Origin: Octopus sinensis
Taxonomy: Eukaryota
DNA length: 64,000 nucleotides
NCBI RefSeq assembly: GCF_006345805.1
Contig: NC_043011.1
Coordinates: 37,088,464 to 37,152,463 of the forward strand
Direction: 5' to 3'
Position numbers and translations under genes: made by a program. Shown here in pieces: positions 1-12,513 of this stretch (its first letter is position 1; every line of letters begins with the position of its first letter). The notes beneath the pieces were generated by a model, which worked only from the letters and a program-made list of their open reading frames with translations, was not told the DNA's origin and did no database searches.

Positions 1-59
1 GCTGTCCTGATCTACTGTTGTCCTCATTCTCCTTCCTCTCCTTCTTCCTCTTCTTTTCC

Positions 60-330
60 ACTTCTTCCCCTTCTTCTTGTTGTTCTTGCTCTTGTTCTTC
101 TTTTTCTTCTTCTTCTTCTTCTGCTTCTTCTTCTTCTTCTTCTTCTTCTTCTTCTTCTGCTTTTTTCTTCTTTGTCTTCTTCTTCTTCTGCTTTTTTCTT
201 CTTTGTCTTCTTCTTCTTTTCTTCTTCTTCTTCTGCTTTTTCTTCTTCTTTGTCTTCTTCTTCTTCTTCTTCTTCTTCTACTATTTCTTCTTCTTTCTCC
301 TTCTCCTTCTTCTTTTTCTCTTTCATCGTT
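60..330. repeat. (CTT/TTC)n low-complexity trinucleotide tract
   Basis: Interrupted ttc/ctt run; source of the poly-F/S/L/E ORFs at 18-507. Confidence 0.95.
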
Positions 331-659
331 TTCTTCTTTTTCTCCACGAAAAATTCCTCCTCCTACCCAAGTTCCACTTCCTCTTCCCCTTCGTCTTCCT
401 TATATCTAAATACACGCATCCGTACATTTCTCTATAAGCACTCTCATCAACTATTTTCTCTTTCATTTTTATGTATAAATGAATATCTCCGGTGGCGAAA
501 CGAATAGAAATAATTTTCTACTCTACACAATTTACTCAATCATTTCGGATTTTCTTCAATTAATAGAATAATATCAACAAGTCTCAAAGTGGTCAGGTGC
601 TTATTTTGATCGGGTGGTTCGTATTACTTTTGTTTAGGCACAAGTCAGATACAATAGAT

Positions 660-1090
660 ACTAGTATCATTGTTTATTGATGGGGTGAAAATCTATATCA
701 TGATACTTCACGAACAGAGGCAGTAAATTTATAGCTTCAGAAATTACCTAATGAGTTGAAACGAAATTTTAAAGTTTATCCTCGAAAACCACTTGTTTGA
801 CTTCCATGGTGATATTTACAAATATCTAGGACTGTGATGGTGACAAATGTTTCTCTAACTTACGCCAAGCTAGTTATGGCATACATGGAGGCTCAGATAT
901 ATGAACCATCTAAATTAATAAATGGGTTGAACTTTCACAAATATCAAATAGAAAACTTGAAACGTTACTTAGACGACTGCCTAATCCTATGGACGCACAC
1001 AACTTTCTTTCGGTATGTATAAATATTTCATTTATTTCATTCAGTACACCTTTCTTACGAGGAAAATATACTAGGCTAATCTGAAAATTG
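660..1090 (+). mobile_element. Penelope-like element (PLE) reverse transcriptase relic, frameshifted
   Basis: Two frames give LKFILENHLFDFHGDIYK..G / VMVTNVSLTYAKLVMAYME...LKRYLDDCLILW (YLDD at 966-977), matching the PLE RT pattern FILENNYF.F.G..Y....GTAMG...AP.YANL.M..LE...W.RY.DD.F.IW. Confidence 0.8.
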
Positions 1091-1535
1091 ATCAACCTAG
1101 GGATAACTGTATTTTTCTAAATTTCCATTGGCTTACTCGATTTCAGCACGTGTGTAGTATTGGTGATGATTTAATGTGGTTAGCATCTCTTTTCAGCATG
1201 TAGGCAATATTTTTTGATACATATATGCATATATATATGTATGCATGCATGCATGTATGTATATGTGCATACAGAAATCCCTTAGCCGCAAGGAAGCACA
1301 GTTATCTCCCCTGTCAGCAATCTTTTATTTCTATCAATGTAGTTTTTATCCTACACCGTCAGTCATATTTAGTTTCAATTGAATTTTTCCGATTTGGTTT
1401 CATACCATGTCTAGCCACCTTCATTACTTTGTAATTTACACATTACCATTCTACTGAATCAGCCATAAGTTCCTATGGTAAATACTTTATACTGACACTC
1501 AAGAATTAGCCAAAGCACACAGCGATTGGGTAGTC

Positions 1536-1575
1536 ACTACTGATGATCTTTAATTTGCAGCGAAAATAGACTAGT
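1536..1575 (+). ncRNA. Decayed minimal hammerhead-like motif downstream of the PLE RT
   Basis: ACTA-CTGATGA-(weak stem II)-GAAA-ATAGAC-TAGT; stem I ACTA/TAGT; 15.2 and 16.1 non-canonical. Confidence 0.3.
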
Positions 1576-2419
1576 ATCGTGATCTCTCTCGTTGTGGGGA
1601 GGTGATCTTCCCTCTTAGTGTATGGAGCTGTACCCTTTCAGGGCTAAGGTAGTTTTAAACTCTTATTTCTAGCAACACTCTATTGTGACTGCACTGTCAA
1701 TCACAATTAGTGTCAATTGAATTTTTTTCTTTTTTGTTTGAAATTGCGTATAGGAGGCTTCATTATTTTATGCATGTATATATGTATTATAGATTGGAAG
1801 GTAGATAAATAGATAGATAGATTTCTGGATAATTTAGATAGATAAATGTTTACGTATGTGTGACAATCTTTATTTGTGTTACAATGAATAATACAGATAT
1901 TTGTTGTGGATTACACCCCAGGCACAGACTGACGGTTATTTTAACTTATAACCAATAACCTTAAAATTGAATATAACACATTTAGTGCATCACTAATCAG
2001 CTAAAATACACTTCCGCTCAATATATCTACTAAAAAAATTATAAACACACACACGTAGGTACGTGAATATATACATGCACAAACAAATGTATGCATGCTA
2101 ATATACGTAGCTGCACATGTACATACTTACATACACACGTGAATGTGTATAATTATATTTTGCTACAAGCATGCATACATGAATAAAAGAGAGAGACTTG
2201 TTGTATGAGATGTGCAAGGCGAAAATTTAAATCCTTTTCAAATACAACAGGAAATTATCATTTTAATAAACGTATAGCTTTCAACAATCAATAAATAGTT
2301 TCTTGTTTTGTGCAAGGTGATCACCAATATTGCACCAGCGCAACTAATACATGCAAACACCTAACACACAGAGGCTCACACAAACTTGTAAATATGTATA
2401 TAATTACATGCATATACAC

Positions 2420-2518
2420 ATATATACATACATACATTATATATATATATATATAATATATATATATATATTATATATATCATATTATATTATATATATA
2501 TATATATTATGTATATAT

Positions 2519-2584
<66 letters not shown>

Positions 2585-2585
2585 T
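2420..2585. repeat. (TA)n microsatellite
   Basis: Interrupted TA run. Confidence 0.95.
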
Positions 2586-2735
2586 CTTTTCTGTCCTCAT
2601 TCTTTCTTCTCCGTTCATTCTTGATTCCTCATTCTCTTTTTCTAAAACAACACACGTATAGATGTATACACCATCAAGATTCTAGATTTGTATAAAATAA
2701 AAAGAAAAGAAAGACAAAACATTTTACATTTTATA

Positions 2736-3016
2736 TTTTATGAACGTCGTCACTTACTCTCTCCCTCCCTCTCTCACTTTGTCTTTCCCGTGAAACTCTC
2801 TGCTTCTCTTCCACTTTTCTTTAACTTGTTTTTTTTGTTAGACGCCGTCAGAAAGCTATGGCTGAAAATAGATTTTTATGAACGTCGTCACTTACTGTCT
2901 CTCCCTCTCTCACTTTGTATTTCCCGTGAAACTCTCTGCCTTTCTTATTCCACTTTTCTTTATCTTGTTTTTTTTGTTAGACGCCGTCAAAAAGCTATCG
3001 ATGAAAATAGATTTTT
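2736..3016 (+). repeat. Tandem duplication, about 138-bp unit x2
   Basis: tttatgaacgtcgtcacttact...gacgccgtca.aaagctat...gaaaatagattttt occurs at about 2736 and 2874; the end motif recurs near 3030. Confidence 0.9.
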
Positions 3017-3221
3017 TCCGCTAAAGGTTATAGCTGAAAATAGATTTTTACCGCTATCCGCGGGTGCCTCTGGAAGAAAATAAGTTGACAAAACCGACAT
3101 AGGATGTCCTCCTAAATTTTGAGCGACATGCGTGCTAATTTGTGGATGTGCATAAACTACAATCACGTTCACACACACACATCTTGCCGTATATATATAC
3201 AGATATATATAAATATATATG

Positions 3222-3352
3222 TATTCCCAACCACATGGTTCTGGGTTCAGTACTATTGCGTGACAACTTAGGCAAGTGTCTTCTGCTATCGACTCGGGCC
3301 GAGCAAAAACTTGTGAGTATATCGGGTTGACATAAACCGTAGGAAGCCCGCC
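3222..3352 (+). mobile_element. SINE type A, 5' fragment, diverged
   Basis: caaccacatggttctgggttcagt...ggcaagtgtcttctgctat...gggccga...ttgtgagt; aligns with 43613-43775. Confidence 0.8.
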
Positions 3353-3810
3353 TTATATATGTATATATACAATTATAGTATATTCTGTTAAGAACAATAG
3401 TAGAATACAGTATAAAGCTCGCTGGTCTACTTTCACATTTAAACTGTGCTTTCCAGTAGTAGTATTATATATATATTTCCAAGTTTGCGTTTGGGCATCT
3501 GTCCTGTGTGAATAGATAATTGAAAAAATTGAAGTCAAAAAGAAGGGTACGGTTGGACATTTATTTTTTAATCACTGCAATTGTTTGCACGCAACGTAGT
3601 TCTCCAGATGTGCAGGTACTTGATTAAGAAACTATTTCCCTGCATTATGAGATCTAGTTGTGTTTCCTCAGGTGATATGTAAATATTGTTTCTGTAAGTA
3701 TAAAATCCTAGGCTTCAAGAACATTCTATCTCTCTGCCGTGGCCTTAATTTAGTAGTAGTCACAAAGGCTATCAGGGTATGTTGTTGGTGAAGGGTTGTT
3801 GGCAAACTGC

Positions 3811-4430
3811 TTTGAAAAATTTTGGGCGAAAATTTTCAAAAAAATATTTTTTAAATTTTGGGGAAAATTTTCAAAATATTTTTCAAAAAGTTTTGAGGGA
3901 AATTTTCAAAGAACTTCTGGAAAAATTTTTCAAAATTTTGGGGATAACTCTCCCAAAATTTTTTTTTAATTTTTGAGGAAAATTTTCAAAAAAGTTTTGG
4001 GGAAAATTTTGAAGAAATTTTTCAAAAAGTTTCGTGGACAATTTTCAAAAAATTTTTGGAAACATTTTTCAAAATTTTGGGGAAGATTTTCTAAACATTT
4101 TTGTAAAATTTTTGGGGAAAATATGGGGAGGAAATTTTCAATTGATTTTTCTATATTCCGGGGGAAATTTTTCAAAGAATTTTTCAAAAAGCTTTGGAGA
4201 AGATTTTCTAAAAATTTTCAAAAATCTTTGGGGAAAATTTTCAAAAACTTTTTCTATAATTTGGAAGAAAATTTTCAAAAAATTTTTGAAAAAGTTTTAG
4301 GGAAAATTTTCAAAAAACTTTTGAAAAAATTTTTGGGAAAATTTAAAAAAAAATTTTTCAAAAATTTTCGGGGACAATTTTAAAATAATTTGTCTATAAT
4401 AAGAAAATTTTCAAAAAATTTTTGAAAAAT
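3811..4430 (+). repeat. Degenerate satellite of ttttgggg-aaaattttc-aaaaa units, left arm of an inverted pair
   Basis: About 600 bp of imperfect 20-25-nt units; source of the K/F-rich ORFs. Confidence 0.9.
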
Positions 4431-4623
4431 TTCAGGCAAACTCTTCCTGTTATTCCGAAAGGCACTAGAGCAGATGACAATGTCCAAGCATGACAAAATC
4501 CTCTACCCTGTAAGTCATGTTACAATCCTAAGTCTCACCACTAACATGAGAGCTCAGCTACACGGCGATAAAATGTCCACAAAGTTTGCACAGGACATTT
4601 TGACACTTGGTGAAGGCGATGCC
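4431..4623 (+). mobile_element. Helitron RepHel PIF1-family helicase fragment, frameshifted
   Basis: FRQTLPVIPKGTRAD..VQA* then KSS.L.SHVTILSLTTNMRAQLHGDKMSTKFAQDILTLGEG; matches Helitron helicase motifs DFRQ.LPV and L..NMR. Confidence 0.85.
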
Positions 4624-4644
4624 TCTCGATTCTGCAGTATGCTC

Positions 4645-5080
4645 AATTTTTGAAAAGTTTTTTAAAATTTTCCCCAAAAATTTTACAAAAATTTTCTTGA
4701 AAATTTTCCACAAAAATTTTTTGAAAAGTTCCCCATAAGATTTTTCAAAATTGTTTTAAAATTTTTTAACAAAATTTTTTTAAATTTTTTGAAAATTTTC
4801 CCCAAAACTTTTCCAAAAATTTTTTAAAAACTTTCCCCCAAAATTTTTCAAAAGTGTTTGAAAATTTTCCCCAAAACTTTTTCAAAAATTTTCCTCAAAA
4901 ATCTTTTTGGAAAATTAGCCCCAAAATTTGTGAAAACTTTTTAAAAATTTTCCCCAAAAACTTTCAAAAAGTTATTTGAAAATTTTCCCCCAAAATTTCT
5001 TGAAAATTATTTGAAAATTTTCCCAAAATTCTTTCGAAATTTGAGAATTTTCCCCAAAATCTTTTGAATAATTTTTTGAA
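4645..5080 (-). repeat. Same satellite in reverse orientation, right arm
   Basis: tttttg-aaaatttt-ccccaaaa units are the reverse complement of 3811-4430. Confidence 0.9.
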
Positions 5081-5270
5081 AATAGTGGAGAAGATATGAT
5101 ATCGCTGTGGGGTCGCCCAAGGGAAAAAGTTAAGATTTTTTTGCCGATGACACTCCCCGGACCTTAAGTAAGGCATGTGTAAAATTTGAAGGAAATTGGT
5201 TATGTAGTTCTCAAGTTTTAGGGAAACACACAGATAAACAGAAACACATTCTCAGTTTTATATATATATA
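5081..5270 (+). mobile_element. 3' part of a HINE/DINE-1-like (Helentron-associated) element
   Basis: Core repeat atagtggagaagatatgat...gtagttctcaagttttaggg, short acag tract and cattctcagttttatatata end; near-identical to 6223-6423. Confidence 0.7.
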
Positions 5271-6423
5271 CTAGCATTAAAGACCCGTCGTTGCCGGGTC
5301 ATAGTGCTAGTGCATGTATATATGTGTATATATATTTGTACATATTACATGTACATCTATATATATACATTTACACATAAAATACAAAATACAAAGTTAT
5401 ATCTTGATACCGCTAGTGATAACAATACTCAATATATATAACAGACTGGAATTGTTAGCCAATCTCTTGTAATTTCGATCAATTGTATCTTGTCCTCCCT
5501 CTTGTATAGAAGTGTGGCTACAATCCAGCCTACCTCTACTTCTGGGGGAGAGTTGATTTTTTCCCGGGACGTCCTACGTCCCAGATATAAAGGTAAACAT
5601 AAAATATTTCCACTTTGCAAGTTCGAGTCGAGTACTCCTTTGCACGCTCTGTTGACTCGAAACTTGCTTCTATTGTGGCCAATTTACCGCCTCTAATTAG
5701 ATACATTTCATAGTCGCACCAAGACACTTTTCGAAGGTGCTTTCCTCCATCTTCTTTTTTCTCTACATTGTATACTTTATAGACAATAGTCTTTTCTTTA
5801 ATTTAATTTTTTATTATCCATCTGGACTATTCCATTTCTGCACGCTAATTTGTTTTTAATTCATTCCCATTCATGTGAAACCACTTATCAAAGTTCAAAT
5901 CATTGCTGCGTTTTATACCAATTGCTATTTTTCTTTTGTCATGTTACTTTAGTTTGATTTTAATTATTACTTACTACATGTAATTGAAATGTTATTATTA
6001 TTTTTATTGTTAAAGTGAAAGTATCTGACATAAAATAGAGAAACGTTTTTTTTCACTTTTAACACGTAATACTGAAATAGTGGAGAAGACATGATATTGC
6101 AACGGGCTCGCTCCAGGCGAGAAGTTGAACATATTTTTGCCCATGAAACTACATGGACCCTAAGTATGGCATGTGTAAAATTTGAATGGAATTGGTTGTG
6201 TAGTTCTCAAGTTTTAGGGAATCATAGTGGAGAAGATATGATATTGCTGTGGGCTAGCCCTAGGCAAAAAGTCCGACATTTCTTTTGCCGATGACTCTCC
6301 CCGGACTCTAAGTAAGGCATGTGTAAAATTTGAATGAAATTGGTTGTGTAGTTCTCAGGTTTTAGGGAAACACACACAGACAGACAGACAGACACACATT
6401 CTCAGTTTTATATATATAAAGAT
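5271..6423 (+). mobile_element. HINE/DINE-1-like non-autonomous Helentron element
   Basis: 5' (ta)ctagc plus hairpin GACCCG-tcgttgc-CGGGTC (5282-5300); two tandem 150-bp core repeats (about 6075-6222 and 6223-6370); (ACAG)n; 3' ttttatatatataaagat. Confidence 0.7.
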
Positions 6424-6432
6424 ATATATACA

Positions 6433-6474
<42 letters not shown>

Positions 6475-6521
6475 TTATACACATATATAAATATGTACAA
6501 TGTACCTTGTATATACATATA

Positions 6522-6586
<65 letters not shown>

Positions 6587-6600
6587 ATTATATATATATG
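6424..6600. repeat. (TA)n microsatellite
   Basis: Long TA run. Confidence 0.95.
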
Positions 6601-6959
6601 GGGGTGTTTGTATGTGTGTGTATGCTTGTATATATTCATACATATATACATATATGTTTATATGATGTGTTCTTTTTGATTTGTATATACATACATTCTC
6701 AATCGCCTCAATTACTGCGGCAAATTATTGTCAAAACTTTGCATGAAATTACTGGTTGATCTTAAGGCGGTCCAACGCCACAACCTACGATGGACTACAG
6801 GGAGAGGCTAAAATAAATAAATAAAGGAAGCGTATAAAAGATATACAATGATAAACATATATATATAGAGGGAAAGACCTAGTAAGTTTAGAAATCAAAT
6901 TATTCTGCTCGATTTTGACGCCGCTACGTAGAAAAACATATCCCGCAGTCTGCGGACAA

Positions 6960-7105
6960 AATTAGAAATCAATACCCTCATAGCTTAGGTTTCAAACACC
7001 GGCAAATTTTGAAGGCCCCAGAGATTTGCGAGGTGTTGATGATATTGTACTCAAAGACCAATTCGATAAATTTTTATCTGATACACCAGATGAACCCACA
7101 TGAAT
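6960..7105 (+). mobile_element. CR1/L2-group LINE ORF2 C-terminal relic
   Basis: ...PRDLRGVDDIVLKDQFDKFLSDTPDEPT* resembles the FK..LDKFL..IPDEP C-terminus. Confidence 0.5.
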
Positions 7106-7832
7106 GAATGAATTGTGTATGTCTAGAGATATTATTGCGGTATGTATATATATAAATATAAACGTATATAAATACATATATATATACATACATGCATATA
7201 TACAATTGATATATGGTGTAGATATATACAAATATATATCTGTGCGTGTGTGTATGTATATTTATTTATATATATATATATATAATATATATATATAATA
7301 TATATAGATACATATGTCGAGAAGAGAGAGAGAGAGGTGGGGGAGAATGAGAAATAGAGACACAGAAAACGTGAGACAGAAGAACAAAGACAAAGAGAAG
7401 TGGAAGTGAAACGGAGAATTGTAGCCTTGTCCATCTCTATTTTAGCAAGACCAATTCTGGAGACAATATCGGTAATTGAGTCTGATATAACTAGCATTAA
7501 TGAAAATGGAGGTATGTATATATATATTATATATATATATATATATATAGATATATATATATATAATATTATATATATATATGTAAATATGTATATATAT
7601 ATGTATAATATATATCTATCTATCTATATATATATATATATCATATACACTAGCATTTTATTATCGCTTTCAGTCAGAAGTAGTTGCCATGCGAACAGGA
7701 CGTCACTTGCCTTGTAGTTAGTTTAAATGAGACTCAATTCCCAGCATTATCTCCGGAATTTATCCCAATGAAATAGTGAGATGGACAGATCTTGCAAATT
7801 TCTCTTACTCTGTCTCTGTCATTCTCTCTTTC

Positions 7833-7907
<75 letters not shown>

Positions 7908-8023
7908 AGAGAGAGAGAAAGGGAGTGAGAGATAGAAAGATACCGATATGTATGTTCATGTACCTACATATATGCACACATATATATACATATATTTATG
8001 CATCTATATCTTATATATCCATA

Positions 8024-8303
8024 GGCGCAGGAGTGGTTGTGTGGAAAGTAGCTTGCTTATCAACCACTTAGTTCCGGGTTCAGTCCGCCGGCGGGGCACC
8101 TTGGGCAAGTGTCTTCTACTATAACCTCGCGCCGACCAAAGCCTTGTGAGTGGATTTGGTAGATGGAAGCTGAAAGAAGCCCGTGGTATATATGTATGTG
8201 TATATTTGTGTGTCTGTGATTGTGCCCCAACATCACTTGACAAACAATGCTGGTGTGTTTACGTCCCCGTAACTTAGCGGTTCGGCAAAAGACTCGATAG
8301 AAT
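8024..8303 (+). mobile_element. SINE type A (tRNA head, CORE-like centre), 3' truncated
   Basis: ggcgcaggagtgg.tgtgtgg A-box; ggttcagtcc B-box; ggcaccttgggcaagtgtcttc central segment; cgtaacttagcggttcggcaaaag tail. Confidence 0.9.
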
Positions 8304-9487
8304 ATGTTGTAGAGTCTCATATAATATACATATATACATAACGTTCCACGACACGAATATATATCTTCTGTGCGTGTGCATATATCTGTATCTCTCTGTG
8401 TGTCTATATATATGCAGATTTAAAACACACCAATATGTGTGTGTATCAGTATGGCAATGCAAGCGCTGAATGCGCAACGAGTTACCGTTCAAATCTGAGC
8501 ATCAGATTTCAGCTATGTTAAACATCTACACCAACACGATGCAGACAGCGAAGCATCAATACAGAGTTAGGCTACAACGTAGTAACAAGAGGCACACATA
8601 GTTTAAAAGAATAAAACTTACATAAACAAATAATTTATATTTCAGATATTTCATCATGTATGTTTCAATAATCAATAATCAAATCGATTAGCGTTCATGT
8701 CATCGGCCGTCTAGGAAGTCGAAATGTGAATCTCCGTATGGTATTTTTCTCTCATACCTTATCTTCCATTGTCAGTATCTGTCTTTCTCTCTTTCCCTCT
8801 CTCTTTATCCTTGTATGTTGGATATATAATTTAACGAAGTAGAGCGGGGAGGAAAGTATATACATGACGCACTACTATATCTAGTACACGAGACTGAACC
8901 CTCTATATGAATGGCTCACACTGAACCGTTTACCAACCCGAACTGCCAATCGCTCACAGTTCTTTGTTTTATAACAACGAGTCACTTCACCTTTAGTCAC
9001 TTTGCGGTGGTGGGATCGTCATCATTCTACAACGACTCCCTTTACTTCTACCCTTTTGGGAATTCAACTGCGTTCAGAGCTTTAATATCTCGTACGCTTA
9101 TGGTTCAATTCCAGTGTTTCCGTTGTTTTCCGTTTTCTGGTGTTTAAATGTGTGGTTTCAAATTGGTACCTCAAACATCTCGTACAATATTTCCATGAAG
9201 ATTTCATTTCACAGGACTGTTTTTTCCTTGGATCTTTTTTAAGTGGGTTAATATGACTTTTATGCTCAACATTTTCCCCTTTTATTAAGAATAACGTTCT
9301 TCCAATTTGATTAACAATTACACCCTCCTCCCAGTTTTCTTTACCTTATCTATAAGTTTTAAAAAATCTTTGTCACCTAACTTGAATAATTTTGAAGTAT
9401 TTTTGTTTTTCGCCTTTTTCTTCTATTTTCACTCGTTATCAGGTGAGCTGAAAGAGGAAAGAGGAAAGAGTGAGAGAAAGTTGTGAT

Positions 9488-9640
9488 GAAAGAGTCAGCA
9501 GAAGTTCGCCATTACCTTCTGCCGGAGCCGCGTGGAGCTTAGCTGTTTCGCTCATAATTACATCGCCCGGACTAAGATTCGAACCCGCGATCCCTCGACC
9601 GCGAGTCCGCTGCTCTAACCACTAGGCCAATTGCCTCCAC
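9488..9640 (-). mobile_element. SINE type D (tRNA head, RTE-like tail)
   Basis: Minus strand ggaggcaattggcctagtggttagagcagcggac...gggttcgaatc, then gaaggtaatggcgaacttctgctgactc. Confidence 0.8.
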
Positions 9641-10123
9641 AGTAACTATTTTAGTTATAGTTAATACAAGCACACAACTGCACCCGCAAGCAAACACAGC
9701 ACGCACGCACGCATACACACACACACACACACACACACGCTTACACACAGGAATGTGTACGTATATATGTGATCTCAATATATATAGGTAACAATCTGTC
9801 TATCAATCACGTTATCTATCGTTCTATCTCTATACGTCTCTTTCTTCCTACTTTCGTTCTCCCAATCTATCTCTCCCTCCCTCCCCTCTCTCTCAAGATA
9901 GACAGGCATATACATATACATACATACCAATATAACAATACCTATTTATCTATCTACATCTGCCTGTTAATCTATATATATATATAATATATATTATATA
10001 TCCATATATTATTTTCCATGTCTGACATTCTCTCTCTCTATATATATATGTATATATATGCGTGGTGTGTCCCAGCATGTGTGTGTATATGTATACATAT
10101 GAATGTATATATACATACATACA

Positions 10124-10212
<89 letters not shown>

Positions 10213-10699
10213 AGTATGCGTGTGCGTGTGTCTGTGTATGTATACGAGAGACAGATAGAGAGAGAGAGAGATTTTGTGTTTACATGAATGCGTTTATTTT
10301 CGTAAGTACGTGTATGAGATGGAGGTAGAGATTATGTGTCTCTGTGTCATTTTAGTTTAATAGAAATATGAAATAGACTAATGAGACACGTTCGGCTGTT
10401 CATGTCTCTATCATATTTCTCCGCAGATACGAAACTGAAATTACATGGCGTTTATTTGTAAATTTCAATTCTCATATCGCCTCGTATCTGCTTTATCAGA
10501 GCGTAATTTATAATGCCATCTTATGCGCACAACGTCTGTTTGTTTGAGTAGCCGTGTTTTATATCTGGAGTTACCACCCAACGTTCCAGACAGTGATAAT
10601 TGCATGCAGATAATTCGGTCACCCAAGGAAAGAAAAAAAAAAACAAAAAAAACAATTCGTTTCTTTTCACTTCACGCTTATTACTCGTTCATTCTGTTA

Positions 10700-10913
10700 C
10701 TCTTTTATTATTTGTTTCAGTCATTTCACTGCGGCCAAGCTGGAGCATCGCCTTTAGTCGGAAAAAAGATGCGCCCCGCCCCTCTCCAGGACTTATTCTT
10801 TGTAAGCCTGGTACTTATTCTATCGGTCTCTTTTGCCGAACCGCTAATGTTATGGAAACGTAGACACCCCTGCATTGGTTGTCAAGCGAAGGTGGGGGAC
10901 AAACACAGATACA

Positions 10914-10950
<37 letters not shown>

Positions 10951-11265
10951 ACTCACATACATATATATGTATATATATATTATATATATATATATATATT
11001 ATATATATATATACTAATACAATTGGTTGTTTGTTTTCCACCTGCCTTCGTCTTTTGTCTATTTCATAAAGCTTCCCGTTATATATATATATATATATAT
11101 ACGTCGGGCTTCTTTCTCTTTCCGTCTACCGAACCCAGTCACAAGTCTTTGGTTGGCCCTAGACTATTATAGAAGACACTTGCCTTGCCCAAGGTGCCAC
11201 GCAGTGAGACTGAACCCGAAACCATGTGGTTGGTAAGGAAGTTACTTACCACACAGCCACTCCTT
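10700..11265 (-). mobile_element. SINE type A, full length, internal microsatellite and small insert
   Basis: Tail tttcagtcatttcactgcggcc...; head ...ttaccacacagccactcct; 11020-11080 matches the 3' end of hammerhead family 1 elements. Confidence 0.85.
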
Positions 11266-11289
11266 TTCTTTGTTTCTTTCTTTTTTCAC

Positions 11290-11448
11290 GCATTCAACTA
11301 CGGCTTTACTGGGGCACTGCCTTGAAGTATTTTAGTCGAATGAACCAACATTAGTACTTGCACTTTTTTCCTGGCCTGGTACTATTTCTATAGGTCTTTC
11401 TGAAAGGAAAGTGAAGTTGCGAGGATGGATGTAAACAGATAGAGAGAT

Positions 11449-11504
<56 letters not shown>

Positions 11505-11682
11505 GCATAGACAGATAGATAGACTAAACTAAAAGGAAACTAAAAGAGTTTCTTTTAGTTTCCTTCTACCAAATCCACCTTCGTCGGCTTGAGTCTACGG
11601 TAGGAGACTCTTGAAACTCAGGACTGGACAAGGAATCATGAGTTTGGCAAGGAAAGTTCTTACCACACAGGCACACCCGCAC
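11290..11682 (-). mobile_element. SINE type A, heavily diverged, internal (GATA)n
   Basis: Recognisable ttttagtcgaa, tttccttctaccaaatcca and ttaccacacaggcaca segments; (GATA)n at 11440-11520. Confidence 0.55.
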
Positions 11683-12109
11683 TATCTTGACTATTTCATT
11701 TTGTATTGTTATAATTGGGGGAATGGTCATTTATTTATTTATTTACTTATTTATTTTTTAGTTTGTTGCTAACTAAACACACATACTCTATATTCGTTCT
11801 CCCTTCAGCATTATTATTGTTCATATTTTAGTGTCTTTTGCCTAAAATGTATCATCACACATCCTGTGAACCCTTCACCGACTCTACATTGGGAATTTCG
11901 TAAAACAAATTCATAAACACAATATTTCATTGTGACTACATGCGAATTAAAGCGTTTATATGATTGGCTGTGCAGAAACCTTCAATAAGCAAGGAAAATG
12001 CAAGATTAATTCTTTTGCCACGTTTTCTCAGTCAATTTCTCTTTTCGTTTCTTTCTTTTTTTTTTATATCGCTCTACATATAATGAAATGTACCCTATCC
12101 GGGTTAATA

Positions 12110-12308
12110 TGGAATTTATTAACACGCCGGAGAATAACCATAGCGGCATTTGGGCCCTCTTAACCCTCTGAGTTCAAATTCCTACGAGGGTGAATTTGCT
12201 TTTCTTCTTCCCGGATCGATAAAATATATACCAGTTGAATTCTGGGGTTGTCGCAGTCGACTTACTCCATTCCACGAAATTTCTGGCCTTCTACCAAAAT
12301 TTGAAACC
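12110..12308 (+). mobile_element. SINE type B, diverged
   Basis: ttaacacgccgg...gagttcaaattcc...gatcgataaaat..accagttga..ctggggt...ggccttctaccaaaatttgaaacc. Confidence 0.7.
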
Positions 12309-12321
12309 AATATTTCTTATG

Positions 12322-12513
12322 ATAGAAACGGTAAAACGCTAGGTGAAAATAGTGAGCGGCATTTCTTCCTACTCTAGGTTTTGGGTTCAAATGCCGCCGC
12401 GGTCAATTTTGTTTTCCATCTTTACGGGTTGGTAAAATAAAGATCAGTTGAGCACTGGGGTCGATGCAATTGACTAACTCGTTATTGCTGGCCTTGCTCC
12501 AAAATTTGCAATC
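12322..12513 (+). mobile_element. SINE type B, diverged, tandem with the previous copy
   Basis: gggttcaaatgccgccgcggtcaa...cagttgagcactggggtcgatgcaattgact. Confidence 0.75.

Noticed and set aside
18-507. Overlapping 107-139 aa ORFs
   Set aside because: Translations of (CTT)n; open on both strands because of low complexity.
3779-4383. K/F-rich ORFs up to 136 aa
   Set aside because: Translation of the degenerate satellite.
9560-9640. tRNA-like sequence as a tRNA gene (likewise other SINE heads and 58438-58509)
   Set aside because: A and B boxes are present but the acceptor stems do not close and the sequence continues into SINE bodies.
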